Numbered from the stretch's first letter, positions 39,903 to 52,500 are shown. The stretch is 64,000 nucleotides of DNA from an uncultured Planctomycetota bacterium (GCA_963823665.1 CAWGMQ010000006.1:1472001-1536000), one strand, 5' to 3'. Translations and numbers: made by a program. The notes: a model not told the origin generated them from the sequence alone.

Positions 39903-42891
39903 TCAGCCGCAGCCGACCGTACATTGTGTCGCACAGGAAACGTCGATTGAATCGAGGCTCGCCACGTCCGCTTCTTCGGGCGCCAGTGCGAGAAAGACCG
40001 TTTCGGCCTCGACCTTGACCGGATAAACCTTGATCTGGTAGCTGTCGCCGCTGGTGCATTCGCCTGATTCGAGTGAAAACGTCTTCTTATGCAGCGGACA
40101 GGCAACCTTGGGCAGACCCTGGGAGTCGCCGATGATGCCGCGCGAAAGCACCATCTCCTGCTTGTGTGGACAGAGGTTCTGGCACGCGTACCACTGGCCG
40201 CGACTGGCGAAGCGAAACACAGCAATCTGTGACCGTCCGCACTTGACCGCGCGGCCGCCGTCGGAGGGGAAGTCGCAAACCCGGCCGACCGGCACCCAGC
40301 GGGCATTCACCGTCTCGTTCATCGCATGGGGCGGTGCGGGCCGCGGCGGTGCCAGTTGCTCGAGCGGAACGAAATCTCTCGGCCAGTCGGCTGGCCGCTG
40401 CTGGCCCCGTTCGGTCACGAACTCGATGCCCGGCTCGGCGAGATCGGTGTTGGCGAACTGCAGTGAAGAACCGCCGCTTCTCGGGGTCATTGACGACCGC
40501 CTTCCATTCGCATTCGTAGCTATCGACGAGCGACTGCAGCTGGCGCTCGAGCTCATGGGCGATCCCCAGCCGGTCGTTGATGATCACGTCCTTCAAGAAT
40601 TCGATTCCGCCTTCCATCTTTTCCAGCCAGACCGACGTGCGGGTGAGCCGATCGGCCGTCTGGATGTAGTACATGAGGAACCGATCGACGTATCTGAGCG
40701 CCGTATCCTCGTCGAGGTCGGCGGCGAGCAGGTCGGCGTGGCGGGGATGAGCGCCGCCGTTGCCGCACACGTAGAGATTCCAGCCCCTCTCGGTGGCGAT
40801 CAGGCCGAAGTCCTTGCTCTGGGCCTCGGCACACTCGCGGACGCAGCCGGAGACCGCCGCCTTGAGCTTGTGCGGCGCCCGGATGCCGCGGTAGCGCGTC
40901 TCGACCCGGATGGCGAATCCGACGGCAGTCCTGCACGCCGTAGCGGCACCAGGTCGAGCCGACGCAGCTCTTGACGGTGCGCACCGCCTTGCCGTAGGCG
41001 TGGCCGCTCTCGAAGCCCGCGGCGACGAGGTCGGCCCAGATATCCGGCAGGCGGTGCACCGGCGCTCCGAACATGTCGATCCGCTGGCCGCCGGTGATCT
41101 TGGTGTAAAGGCCGTATTTCCGGGCGATCTCGCCCAGGGCGATCAGCTTCTCGGGCGTGATCTCGCCGCCCGGGATCCGCGGGACGACCGAGTAGAGCCC
41201 GCCGCGCTGAATGTTGGCGAGGAAGCGATCGTTCGTGTCCTGAAGCGTCGCGAGGTCGCTTTCCAGGAGGTTTTCGTTCCACAGGCTGGCCAGGATCGAC
41301 GCCACGGCCGGCTTGCAGATCTCGCAGCCTTGCCCTTTGCCGTGCTCGGCGATCAGGGCGTCAAACGTTTTGACACTCTTGATCTTGACGATCTGAAACA
41401 GATCCTGGCGGCTGCGGGGGAAGTGCTCGCAGAGGTGGTTGCTGACCGTCTTGCCCATCGCCTTCAGCTCGGCCTTGAGCAGGTCGGCAACCAGCGGCAG
41501 GCACCCGCCGCAGCCGGTGCCGGCCCTGGTGCACGACTTGACTTGGGCGATCGTGGTGAGCTGCTTTGTGCGGATGGCCGTGCGGATCTGGCCTTCACTC
41601 ACGTTGTTGCACGAGCAGACCTGAGCAAGCTCACCGGCGCAGGCTGGTCCGGCAATACCGCCCGCGCGTCCGTGGCCGAGCAGCTCGCCCGGCGCCAGGG
41701 CCAGCGGCCCATCGCTCTTGAAGTGGCCAAGCAGCACGCCATAATCGGACGCGTCGCCGACCAGGATGCCGCCGAGGAGCCGCGTGCCGTCGGCGCTGGA
41801 ACAGCAGCTTTTTGTAGACGCCACGGAACGGGTCATCGTGGACGAGCGCTCGGGCGCCGAAAGCCTCGCCCGAGATGTCGCCGAAGCTGGCGACGTCCAC
41901 TCCCATCAGCTTGAGCTTGGTCGAGGAGTCGGCCCCGGTGAACGCCCGGTCGGCCCCAGCAAGGTTCGCAGCCAGCGACGTCGGCCATCTCGTAGCCGGG
42001 GGCGACCAGGCCGTAGATCATGCCCCGATGCAGGGCGACCTCGCCGATGGCGAAGATGTCCGGATCGCTCGTGCACAGCGAGTCATCGACCACGATGCCG
42101 CCCCGCGGGCCGACCTCGAGCCCGCAGGCTCGGGCCAGCTCGTCGCGCGGCCGGATTCCCGCCGAGATGACGACCATGTCGACCTCGAGCACGCCGCCGT
42201 CGGCGAAAGCCAGGCCCTCCACCTTGCCGTTGCCCAGGAATTCTTCGGTGCTCTTGTTGAGGTGAATCTTCACGCCCAGGCTTTCGATCTTTTCGCGGAG
42301 CGCCCGCGATCCTGCCTCGTCAATCTGGCGGGGCATCAGCCGCGACGCAAACTCGACCACGTGCGTTTCCACGCCAAGGTCGCGCACGGCCTTGGCGGCC
42401 TCGAGCCCAAGCAGGCCGCCGCCCATCACCGCTGCCCGGGTTGCCTTTGGCGAGTAGGCGAGGATCCGCTCCAGATCTTCGATCGTGCGGTAGACGAAAA
42501 TCCCTTCCTTCTCCACACCGGGAACACTCGGAACAAACGGAGCGGAGCCGGTTGCCAGCACGATGGCGTCGTAAGCGACCTCCCTCCCGCAATCGGAAAC
42601 GACCACGCGGCGCTCGCGGTCGATTGCCAGCGCGCGGTCACCGACGTGGAGCGTGATTCCGTTTTCGGCGTACCACTCCAGCCGGGCGAGCTGCAGGTGG
42701 CCGGCGTCGCGATGCTCGAAGTACTTCGTCAGATTCACCCGGTCGTACGCCGGGCGAGGCTCCTCGCAGAAGGTCACCATCTGGAGGCTGCGATCGACGT
42801 CGTATTCCACGAGCCGCTCGCAGAATCGATGGCCCACCATCCCGTTGCCGATCACCACGACACTCTTCCGCTCACGGTTCGGCGCGATCAT
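39903..42891 (-). CDS. nirB: NADH nitrite reductase large subunit apparently fused to Rieske NirD; four frameshifts
   Basis: [41 protein letters not shown]; then in frame NLCPHK..CPLHK. Breaks near 41975, 41798, 40927, 40464. Confidence 0.92.
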
Positions 42892-42927
42892 CTGGTGCGG
42901 CTCCTCTGCGTGTTTCGCGAATTGTTG

Positions 42928-45187
42928 TCACGCCCGGAGATCCCGGTCCCGGCGCGCGGTCCAGCTCGCCCTGACTCGCACCGCGCAGGCCTTGTAAGCC
43001 GGCTGCCGTGACTCGGGGTCGAACACGGAATCGGTCAGACAGTTGGTCGAGCTGTCGTGCATGGGCAGGAAGAGCTGTCCCTGCGGTACGGTGGCCGTCA
43101 GGAGCGCCCGGACGCAGGCCCGCCCGCGGCGCGATTCGACCAAGACCCACTCTCCGCTGCGCGGCACGCCGAGCGCGGTCGCATCGGCCGGATGGATCTC
43201 GACGTGGGGCTCCTTGGGAGCAAGCTTCCGCAGCACGTCGGATTTGGCCGTGCGCGTCTGCGTGTGCCACTGCGCCGCACTGCCGCGACCGGTGAGAAGC
43301 TGAAACGGAAACTCGTCGTCCGGCGGCTCGGGGGTTGGTCGCGGCTCCTGGAAGAAGAACCGCGCCCGGCCGTCGGCGTGGTAGAAACGCCCGTCCTCGA
43401 AGAGCCGCCGCTCCGGTTCGCCTTCGGCAAGAGCCCCCGTGTACGGCCACTGGATCCCGCACGCTTCGTCGAGCATCCGGTAGTCCTCGATCCCGGTGAT
43501 GTCGCAGGGCATGCCGGCAGACAGCTCCTTGAGAATCTGGAAGACGGCCTCGGGCGATTCCCACCGCCTGAACATCTCGCCGCAGCCGTAGTAGTGGGCG
43601 ACGAGCTTGAAGATGTGGAAATCGGCCAGGGCCTGCCCCGGTGCCCGGCGCACTTTCTTGATCAGCCCGATTCGCCGTTCCGAATTGATGAACGTGCCAT
43701 CCTTCTCGCCCCAGGCGGCGGCCGGGAGCAGCAAGTCGGCGAGCGCGGCCGTCTCGGTCGAGTGGTACATGTCCTGCACCACCAGGAAATCGAGCCGGTC
43801 GAGCACTTCGCGCAGCCGTCCCTGGTCGATCCAGGAATGGGCCGGATTGGTCGCGATCACCCAGAGGCCGCGGATCTTGCCCGCGTCGAATTCCGTCCAG
43901 GATCTGGTCGTAAGCCCAGCCGGCCGTGGTGGGAATTTGCTTCGAGGGGATCTGCAGCACGCGAGCTACCTTGGCGCGGTGGTCTGGGCTCGAGAAGTCG
44001 TGCCCGCCCAGCAGGTTGGTCGTGTTCGAGAACAGCCGCGAGCCCATCGCGTTGCACTGCCCGGTGATCGAGTTGGCCCCCGTGCCGCTACGGCCGATGT
44101 TGCCCGTCAGAAGCGCCAGGTTGATGATCGCCTGGGCTGTCTTCACGCCCTGGTGGCTCTGGTTGACGCCCATCGTCCACCAGAATGAGACGCGTGAGCT
44201 CTCGCCGATTCGCGCTGCGGCATCGCGAATCGAAGAGGCGCTCAATCCGGTCTCGGCCGCGGTCCGCTCCAGATCGAACCGGCGCACAAAGGCCGCGAAG
44301 TCGTCAAAGCCTTTCGTATGGGTCTCGATGAACGGCCGGTCGACGAAGCCTTGTTCGATCAGGAGATTTGCGAGTCCATAGAGCAGCGCGAGATCGGTCT
44401 TGGGCCGAACGCTCAGGTGCAGCGAAGCGGCCATCGCCGTCTCCGTTCGGCGGGGATCGACGACGATGATCTCGGGCGAGTGACGGTTGCGCATCACCCG
44501 CTCCCAGAGCATCGGATGGGCGATGCACATGTTCGACCCGACCAGCACGATGCAATCCGATTCTTCCAGGTCACGGTAGGTGTAGCCGGGCGCATCGAAC
44601 CCGAACGCCTGCTTGTAGGCGACGGCCGAGGTCGCCATGCACTGGCGCGTATTGCCGTCCCCGTGGACGATTCCCATGCCGAACTTGGTGACCGCACCGA
44701 GCAGGGCCATTTCCTCGGTGGCGATCTGGCCGGTGCTCAGGAAAGCGACGGAGTCGTCACCGTGCGCGGCCTGAATGGCACGGAAGCGGCCCGTCATTGC
44801 CTGCATGGCCGATTGCCAGTCGGTCGGGCGCCTTATTCCGTCTTCACCTTTGAGCAAAGGAACCGTTGCCCGATCGTCCGCGTCCAGGACGGTCAAGGCT
44901 TCCCATCCTTTGGAACAAGCCACGCCGAGATTCACCGGGTGCTCGGACATCGGGGTCAGGTTCATGGCCTCGCCGTCGCGAAGGTGAATCGTGAGACCGC
45001 AGCCGGTCGAGCAGAAGCCGCAGACCACGCCCGTCGTCGCGTGCGGCGTCTTGTCGGCGGGAAGCTGTCCCAGGCCGAAGCGTCCCGGAGCGCGCCGCAG
45101 CTCGCGCGTCAACCGGCCGTCGCGGGCGCGGACCAGCGAGAAGGTGCGGTGCAACAGCGACAGACTGTTTTCTTCACCGGCCTTCAC
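42928..45187 (-). CDS. nasA: NasA/NarB-type molybdopterin nitrate reductase catalytic subunit; frameshift near 43890
   Basis: [58 protein letters not shown] overlap with the upstream gene; no clear Tat signal. Confidence 0.88.
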
Positions 45188-46896
45188 GGCATCCAGGCTC
45201 CGGGCATCTTGGGCCGGACGACAGCCGCGAAGAACAGGTACCGCTCGGCCATCTCTCCGGCGATCGAGACCGCCAGCGCCAGCACAGCCGCAGCCGCTCC
45301 TGCCGCCGCGCTCGCCGTCGCCATGGCGGCGACGGCGAGCAACGGCAGAACGACGCCTCCCACGACCCCCAGGAAGCGCCGCTTGGCGGCAGGACGCGCG
45401 AGCGCCCCGCCCAGGAGCCGAGCGGTGCCCCGCAAAGGCGCCAGCTCGGAAGTCGCGAAACCGCGGCAAAGCCTGTGCTCGAGCCAGAGCTTGCCGCATG
45501 AGGCGCCGATGAGCCCGATGGCGGCTGCCTCTACCAGCCAATCGGTGCTCGGCGTGCTCGGATGAAACAGGCGGGCAATTGCTCCCGCAGCCAGGGCGAT
45601 GGCGAGCCCGAGCACGAGCGACGTGCCCCCGAACTTGACGCCGCTCAGCGGCGCTCGCCAGAACGGACGCTGCACCACGTGGTAGATCAGAACCGAGCAC
45701 GCCACGCCCGAGACGCCGGTTGAGACAATCATCGCCACCATCGCGGCTCGCAGCCCCGGTGCGTTTGCGACTGGCGCCGGAGCGAGAAACACGAGCAAGA
45801 CGTGAATCGTGGCCAGCGCGGCGAACAGTCCGAATGCCAGCACCTCGCGACTGAGCCAGGAATGCCTGAGCCCGATCAGGGCGCGATATGCGTACTGCGG
45901 CCGGCCCAGGTGCGACACGCTTGCCGCCAGCCCCGCCCAGGCGAAGGCCAGACAGAGAGCGCTCTGCAAGTTGAGTGAGAATGAACCGGCTCGACCCATA
46001 AACAGCCCGGGCAGCTCCAGCGCAAATCCGCCCACGGAGAGCTGAGTGAGCACCAGCATGATGACGAGCGGCCAGTGGGCGTGATCCGGCTCGACGGGGT
46101 GGTCGTCCTGCGACGGCAAGCCGCCGGGCCGGCTCAGGTGCGTCGTGTGGTAGTGTGTCGCTGGAAGGGTATATCGAGGGTCTGGCGATTCGGGCAGGAA
46201 GCCGCCGGTCTCCGCCCGCCCGATGACTTCCGCGATGTCAACCACCCGGATTCGAATCGCCTCGTGCGGACAAGCCTGCACACAAGCGGGCGCCTCGCCG
46301 ACGGCAAGCCGCTCCGAACACATGTCGCACTTGCGGACGATGCCTTTGCCCGCGTGAAACTTCGGGGCGTCGTACGGGCACGCCATCGTGCAATAGCGGC
46401 AGCCGAAGCACTGATCGTCCAGATGCCGGACAATTCCGGTGTGCGGGTCTTTCTCGAAGGCATCGACCGGGCATGCGTGCAGACAGGCCGGTTCGACACA
46501 GTGGTGGCACGCGGAGGTGACGTGCTGGAGCACCGGCAAGGCCGGCATGCCGCCGATCAACAGGCCGACGTCACGCCAGGACTCCCCTTCGTCGAGCCCG
46601 TTCAACGTGTGGCAGGCCGCGACGCACGCCTTGCAACCCGAGCAACGATCCAGATCGACGTCGAATGCGAGCTGCTGTCCCGGCCCTGGCGCATCCACCG
46701 GCATGAGGGCCGAGTAGTATCGGCCCTGGAGCGGCTCCTTGACATCCGCGTGAAACTGCGCGAATCGTTCCACGGCAGTCAGGTCATGTTGCTCGCGGAG
46801 CAAATGACTGATCAAGCCCACATGCGGCTCGTACGACCAGACGGCGCCTTCCGGCGCGACCAGGGTTGCGGAAACCGTCGATCCACCCAAGCTCAT
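45184..46896 (-). CDS. 4Fe-4S dicluster (DmsB-like) fused to a DmsC/YnfH membrane anchor
   Basis: [69 protein letters not shown]. Confidence 0.9.
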   Translation of the reverse strand: MSLGGSTVSATLVAPEGAVWSYEPHVGLISHLLREQHDLTAVERFAQFHADVKEPLQGRYYSALMPVDAPGPGQQLAFDVDLDRCSGCKACVAACHTLNGLDEGESWRDVGLLIGGMPALPVLQHVTSACHHCVEPACLHACPVDAFEKDPHTGIVRHLDDQCFGCRYCTMACPYDAPKFHAGKGIVRKCDMCSERLAVGEAPACVQACPHEAIRIRVVDIAEVIGRAETGGFLPESPDPRYTLPATHYHTTHLSRPGGLPSQDDHPVEPDHAHWPLVIMLVLTQLSVGGFALELPGLFMGRAGSFSLNLQSALCLAFAWAGLAASVSHLGRPQYAYRALIGLRHSWLSREVLAFGLFAALATIHVLLVFLAPAPVANAPGLRAAMVAMIVSTGVSGVACSVLIYHVVQRPFWRAPLSGVKFGGTSLVLGLAIALAAGAIARLFHPSTPSTDWLVEAAAIGLIGASCGKLWLEHRLCRGFATSELAPLRGTARLLGGALARPAAKRRFLGVVGGVVLPLLAVAAMATASAAAGAAAAVLALAVSIAGEMAERYLFFAAVVRPKMPGAWMP

Positions 46897-47026
46897 GAGA
46901 ACACCACTCCGGTGCCTCGTCCGCGGTCCGGACGAGCGGGGTTCCGGCTTCAAAGGTTGAAACGCAACGAGCATAGAAAGGAGCCGGGGAGAGGTGCCGG
47001 CCCGCAGCAACCGGCATGCGGTCAAA

Positions 47027-47042
47027 AGCAGGCCACGTGCCG
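47027..47042 (-). promoter_or_regulatory. Putative sigma54 (-24/-12) promoter of the nitrate operon
   Basis: CGGCACGTGGCCTGCT: GG-N10-GC with GGCACG core. Confidence 0.55.
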
Positions 47043-47266
47043 TGCCGGCCACGTTGGCCTCCGATTGGCCAGATCCCTTCGGCACTCCGAAGGACTCCGA
47101 AGGTCAATTTCGGTAACCCACCAGCGAACTGCGCAAAACCGAAGGGTTGATGGCCCAAAGGCGACGGATGTGCTGCCTAAGAACTGAGCGAACTTGCCGG
47201 GATAGGGTGCAGATCGCGCAGTTAAATGGGGCTGTTCGTCAGGGGCCGCTCAGTTGGGACGGGGAG

Positions 47267-47914
47267 TCAGCCGGCCGCGTCTCGCTGGCGTTCTTTCTGA
47301 TCGCCTGCGGGCGGTTCGTGGGCGAGTGTCAGGCGGAGGAGATCCGCGAGCGAGCGGACGCCGAGCTTGCGCATGAGGCCGGAACGCCTGAGCTCGACGG
47401 CCCGGAGAGTGATGTCCAGGCGAGCGGCGATCTCCTTGTTTGGCAATCCCTGCTTGACCAGCTCAATGACTTCGCGTTCCTTCGAGGTGAGGTTGCGGAA
47501 TTTCGCCTGAACCAGCTCGCTCTTGGCGAGGCGGCTGTGGCGCTCGGCATCGTCCTTGATCGCTCGCTGCACCTTGTCGAGGAGGGTCTGACGGTTGAAG
47601 GGTTTTTCGACGAATTCCACCGCCCCGGACTTGATTGCGCGGACGGCCATCGGGACGTCGGCGTAAGCCGTGATGAAGATCACCGGCATTCCGGCTCCAC
47701 GTGCGACCAGCTCCTCGAAGAGGTCGAGGCCGCTGGTGCCCGGCATTCTCACGTCGAGCAGCACGCACCCGGGTCCATTCGGCGAGAAATCGCGGAGAAA
47801 GGCGGCGGCGGAGGCAAAAGTCTTGGTTCGGAGGCCGACCGTTTTCATCAGCCAGGCCAGCGAATCCCGCATGTCGGAGTCATCATCCACGATGTAGACC
47901 AGGGCATCCGTCAT
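47267..47914 (-). CDS. FixJ-type response regulator (REC + LuxR HTH)
   Basis: VDDD, LLDVRMPG, GAVEFVEKP, NKEIAARL. Confidence 0.93.
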   Translation of the reverse strand: MTDALVYIVDDDSDMRDSLAWLMKTVGLRTKTFASAAAFLRDFSPNGPGCVLLDVRMPGTSGLDLFEELVARGAGMPVIFITAYADVPMAVRAIKSGAVEFVEKPFNRQTLLDKVQRAIKDDAERHSRLAKSELVQAKFRNLTSKEREVIELVKQGLPNKEIAARLDITLRAVELRRSGLMRKLGVRSLADLLRLTLAHEPPAGDQKERQRDAAG

Positions 47915-49369
47915 GATTCTTCACCGGCAGCCGGCAGCGTGAACTGGAAGGTGGTTGCGACCCCAGGCGAGGACGTCACGGCGATCCGTCCCTGATGCGC
48001 CTCGATGATCGTCCGGCTGATCGCCAGGCCCAGGCCCAAGCCGCCGGCACGCGTGCTGAAGTACGCGTCAAAAACCTTCGTCAGACGCTCCTGGTCGATG
48101 CCCTCTCCATTATCAGTCACCAAGAAATCCACTTCGCACGAATTGAGCTGCCTGGTTTGTATAAGTACCATTTGGTTCAAGGGTTTCGTCACGGCGAGGG
48201 CATCGAACGCGTTGCGCACGAGATTGACAAGGACCTGCTGAATCTGCACGGGATCACCGCAAAGCCAGGGCAAATCATGTGCCAGCTCCAAAATCATGCC
48301 CACTGCTCGCAGGTTTGCCTCGTCCCTGAGGAGTTCCTTGACCTCTTCGACGACACGATTTGGCTCGAACCGGTCGTGCCTGGGCTCGTGCCGCGTGACG
48401 AACCGGCGGATCCCGTCGATGATCTGGCCGGCTCGCAGGGTCGCGGCGACGAGCTTTTCGAGAGCGAGCTTGACTTCATCGATGGCCGGGTCTGGCGCCT
48501 CGAGCTCCTGGAGGCAGCCCTCGGCGTAGTTGGCGATTGCGCCGAGCGGTTGATTGAGCTCGTGGGCGAGGCCTGTGGCCATCTCACCGATCGTGGTTGT
48601 CCGCGCCACGTGGCTGAACCGCTCGACGAGCGTTTGATGCCGCTCGGTGGCGATTTCCAGCTCGCGGGTCCGCTCTCGCACCCGGTCTTCCAGCTCGTCG
48701 CGGCGGCGGTGGAGCTCATCGACCTGGCGGCGAATGAGCTCGAGCGCCGGCCGCACGATGAACAGGCCGATGGCCGCCAGCGCCAGCAAGATCAGGCCTG
48801 CGACCACCCAGCCGGTCCAGAACATACGGCCGACGCGGTCGCGCGCCTCGCGCTCGAGGAGCCCGACGATGGCGTCCATCCGCTCGAGGTATTCGGACTC
48901 GGCGGCGAGAATGGTCGCGAGGTCGTCGGCCACGGCGCGACCACCGCGCGGCGATTGCCGGGCTTCTTTGATGATCCGGTTTGCCGCGTCTCGCATTTGC
49001 ACGAAGGACGGCTCCAGTCCATCGAGGGCCGACTGCACGGCCTTGCCATTGGCGGCCGGCAGCGACATCTCGCGATTTCCGTGGCGCAGGGCGTCGTGTG
49101 ACGTGGACCAGAGCGAGACGACCTGGTCGAGCTCGCGAAGGTGGCGCGGCCGGGTCTGGTCGTCGGCCCGCTCGACGGCGAGGGCGGCCTTGGCCAGTCG
49201 CTGGCTGAGCATCCGCTGCCGGCCGGCGATGTTGACGACGCGCGGATCGGTCGTCAATTGCAAGAGCGCCGGCTGCACCAAGAGCTGGTTTAGCAGGACG
49301 AGGAAGGCGATCAGTACGAGCGCCTGCGCGGTAGCGTCGCTTCAGTGAGAATCCGGGATCTACGTTCAT
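47911..49369 (-). CDS. Sensor histidine kinase with NarX/PilJ-type nitrate-sensing domain and FixL-type core; frameshift near 49330
   Basis: P-box-like VNIAGRQRMLSQR; AHELNQPL, QQVLVNL, DNGEG, GLGLGL. First TM restored from ATG 49369. Confidence 0.88.
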
Positions 49370-49589
49370 AAGAGGGTCTACGCGAGCTCCGTGTTGATCC
49401 AACACGCCTTCGCCGTGGTAGACGGCAGGGTCGTGACGCTCATCCCAATCGTACGGGATTCCGGCGCCCGCGATCGAGCGAGGAGGGTATCCAACGCCGC
49501 GGTGACTGGCGGTAGAGCAGTGACATTCCCTCTTTCAGTGACTGTCGATTTCCGACCTGCGTTTAAACTATCATTTCACAGGACGCGGC

Positions 49590-52500
49590 TTACGACCGGC
49601 GCCGGACTTTGGGCAGCGCGAGCTTGAAGATATCGACATAGTTCCCCGAGACGCCGCCGTCGGGATTGCTGTCGAGCAGGTTGCCGTCGAGGTCTTCGAT
49701 CCCACTGGCGGAGGTGCCGTTGACGGTGAGGCGGTACTTGACGCCGACACTGAGCTTCTTGCGGGGCAGGAGCGTCACCGTGTGCGTTATCGGGTTATAA
49801 GACGCCGATCGCAGGGCGACTTTCTTGTCGTCCTTGGTGCCAAACCGCTTGTCGGGACCGGCCGTGACCAGGAGGTAATTGGCGAGGTTCACCGCACTGG
49901 CGAGGTCCAGGGCCTCGGAGAAGGTCAGTACCAGGGGCGTCGTCTTGGCCTTGGGATTCGGCAGCAGCACGTTCGAGATCGTGGGCCCCGTCCGATCGAC
50001 AACCACGGCCCCGACCTGGACGCCGTCGGAGAACTCCGACGTGGAGATGGGGATCGCCTCCCCGCCGGGCCCCTCAACTAGCTGGGTGGCGGTCGTGAGG
50101 ACGTACTGACCGAGCGGCACGGCGATCGGCGACTGGAACGTGAACGAGGCGTTGCCGGCCGCGTCGGTGAGCACGTTGACGAAGCCGAGGAATTGCTCGC
50201 CCCCGCGGAGGATGCTTGGGCTGATGGAGCTGGAATAGAACTCGATCCGGAAGTAGGTGTTCGTGAGCGAGTTGAGGCTGCCGGAGACCGTCGTGCCGGA
50301 CGCGTCCGCGCCCGCCGACGCCAGCACGGGGTAATTCTCGAAGCCGTCGGAGGCGTTGTCGGGGGAGGCGTTGTTCGGCCGGACCCCTTCCGCACCGAGG
50401 TCGATCTCCGTCACCGTGCCGCTGGTCGCGAAAGCGCCCACGCCTTCGACCGCCCCGGTGGCCAGACGAGATAAGAAAGTTATCAATTTAAGCTTACTGA
50501 AATAAACGTTTTCTTTTTCATACACCTTCTCGATATTTATGAGCGCACGGTCGAGGAAATATGGTGCCTGTGGTGAGACTCTGATACCGAGCACAATTCG
50601 ATCTACAACAGATTGTCCTGCCTTCGAAAGCTGCGATGCGTCTTGACCGGGCAAGATCGCGTTGCTCTGTAGCCCGTCCGTCGTGCCGCCGGGCACATCG
50701 AAGAGGATTGCGCTCCCGACATTCGGGAGCGCGGCCGAGAGCAGCCGGTCGGCGCCCAGGACGTCACCTGCGATGTGGGTGCCCGTCGACCCGACGACGT
50801 AGATCCCATTGGCCCCGTTGCCCGAGATCAGGTTCCCTGACCCGGCGTCCTCGCCGCCGATCGTGTCGAGCGTATCATTGTTGATCAGCACGCCGTTCCC
50901 CGCGTTGCCGAGGGCGAGGAGGCCCGAGACGTCCGTGCCGATGAAGTTCCCCGCGATCACGACCCCGCCGTTCAGTGTGTTGACGTCAATCCCATCGCCA
51001 CCGAAGCGGTTGATCGCCAGGCCATCGATCCGGCTGTTGCTGGCGTCGTGCGAGCTGTCGAGGATCCCCACGTTCAGCCCGACGCCCGGCGCGCTCGTGC
51101 CGTCGAGCTCGATCTTCAAGACGGTGTTCAAAGCCCCGAGCGCCGGCAGGGTGTTCTCGAGGCTGCCGGGCTGGGAGTAGCCGTCGATGGTGACTGTGTT
51201 CTCAATCTGCGGCAAGTCGCTGCTGGGCAGGATCGAGAACCAACTGTACGGCCAGTCGGGGTCGATGCCGGCGATGTTCGCGTCGCTGGTCGCGGTCGTG
51301 ACGGCGATGTCCGCCTGGGACACCTGGCCCGCGACGCCGTCGTTGCGGTAGTAGAAGTGACGCGGGTCGGTGGCGGGGATGTCGAAGGTGATCGTGTGCG
51401 CGCCGGGCGTGAGGTTGGCGTTGTAGATCGCCTCGCGCAGGGTCCCCAAGCCGGTGTCGCCGGTGTTGGTGACGACGAAGCTAGGCCCGCCCAGGGCGGC
51501 GATGGGGGAGAACCCGGAGGTGCTGTTGAGCGGCCCAGAGCCGGTGTCGGTGATGTCGGTCGCGGTGGCGTCCACGAACGGCTGGCCGGCAGGCAGGGCG
51601 GGGAGGTCGGCCGTGAAGCTCGCGTGGCCATTGGCGTCGGTCGTCACGTTGAGCGAGCCGAGGAACGTCTGGCCTCCGCCGAACTCGCCCGGCGGTGCCC
51701 CGGCGAACGAACTCTCGTTGCGTTCGGAGTTGGCGAAGAACTCCAGGCGGAAGTTCGAGCTGGGCACGCTGTCGAGCACCCCCGTGACCTGCGTTCCGGG
51801 GCCGGAGGCGGCGACCGATCCCAGGATCGGGTAGTTCTGGATGCCGTCGGAGTCGGGCGGGGGGACGTTGAGTCCGCCCAGGGCGAGGTCGGGACCGTCG
51901 TTCGAGAAGATCGCGTTCTGGCTGATGAGGTTGCCGCCGGTGGCGATTACGCCCGCGGAGTTGAACGCGGGCGTGTCAATAGTGCCGTTGAACGCGATCG
52001 TGTTATTAGTGATGAAGTTGCCGCCGGCAAGGGCGTCCAAGCCGAAGTCGGCGTTGAACTCGATCAAGTTCTGCGTGAGCGTGACGTTCCCCGAGATATC
52101 CACGCCACTGCCGTTTCCGATGGCCAGCGTGCCGGTCACGTCCGTGCCGATGAAGTTGCCCTGGACCATCGCGTTTTCGCTGACCACCCCCGTGCCCCCG
52201 TTCCCGGAGATCACGTTGCCCGCCCCAGCCTCGGAGCCGCCCACGATAAAGCTGCCCGCCTCGCCCCCGACGCCTCCGCTCTGGTTACCGAGGGCTCGCG
52301 TGCCGGTGCGGTCGGTGCCGATCAGGTTGCCCTTCACCTGGTTATTGGTCCCGGACTGGTTCGTTGCGGAGTAGATGATGCCCCATTCGTAATTGGCCGA
52401 GATCAGGTTGCGGGCGGCCGGCGTGGTCCCGCCGATGGTGTTGCCCAAGGACCCGATCTGGATGCCGGTGGAGCTGCTCACGGGGAAGGCCGCCGTGCCG

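Noticed and set aside
47100..47200. c-di-GMP riboswitch-like appearance (GCAAA..GAAG)
   Set aside because: Conserved GEMM elements are not properly arranged and the strand is opposite to the downstream operon.
28537..49369. Many frameshifts (M28 x3, APC, narK, nirB x4, nasA, HK; also 6250 and 59410) read as pseudogenes or programmed frameshifting
   Set aside because: Single-base indels with no accompanying nonsense decay, intact motifs and no shared slippery sequence; most simply long-read consensus errors. Read polishing would decide.
49508..49519. GGCGGTAG ops-like octamer
   Set aside because: Lacks the downstream TG of the consensus and lies on the strand opposite the neighbouring genes.
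50465..50640. DGR variable region explanation for the AT-rich patch
   Set aside because: No template repeat or reverse transcriptase in the window.
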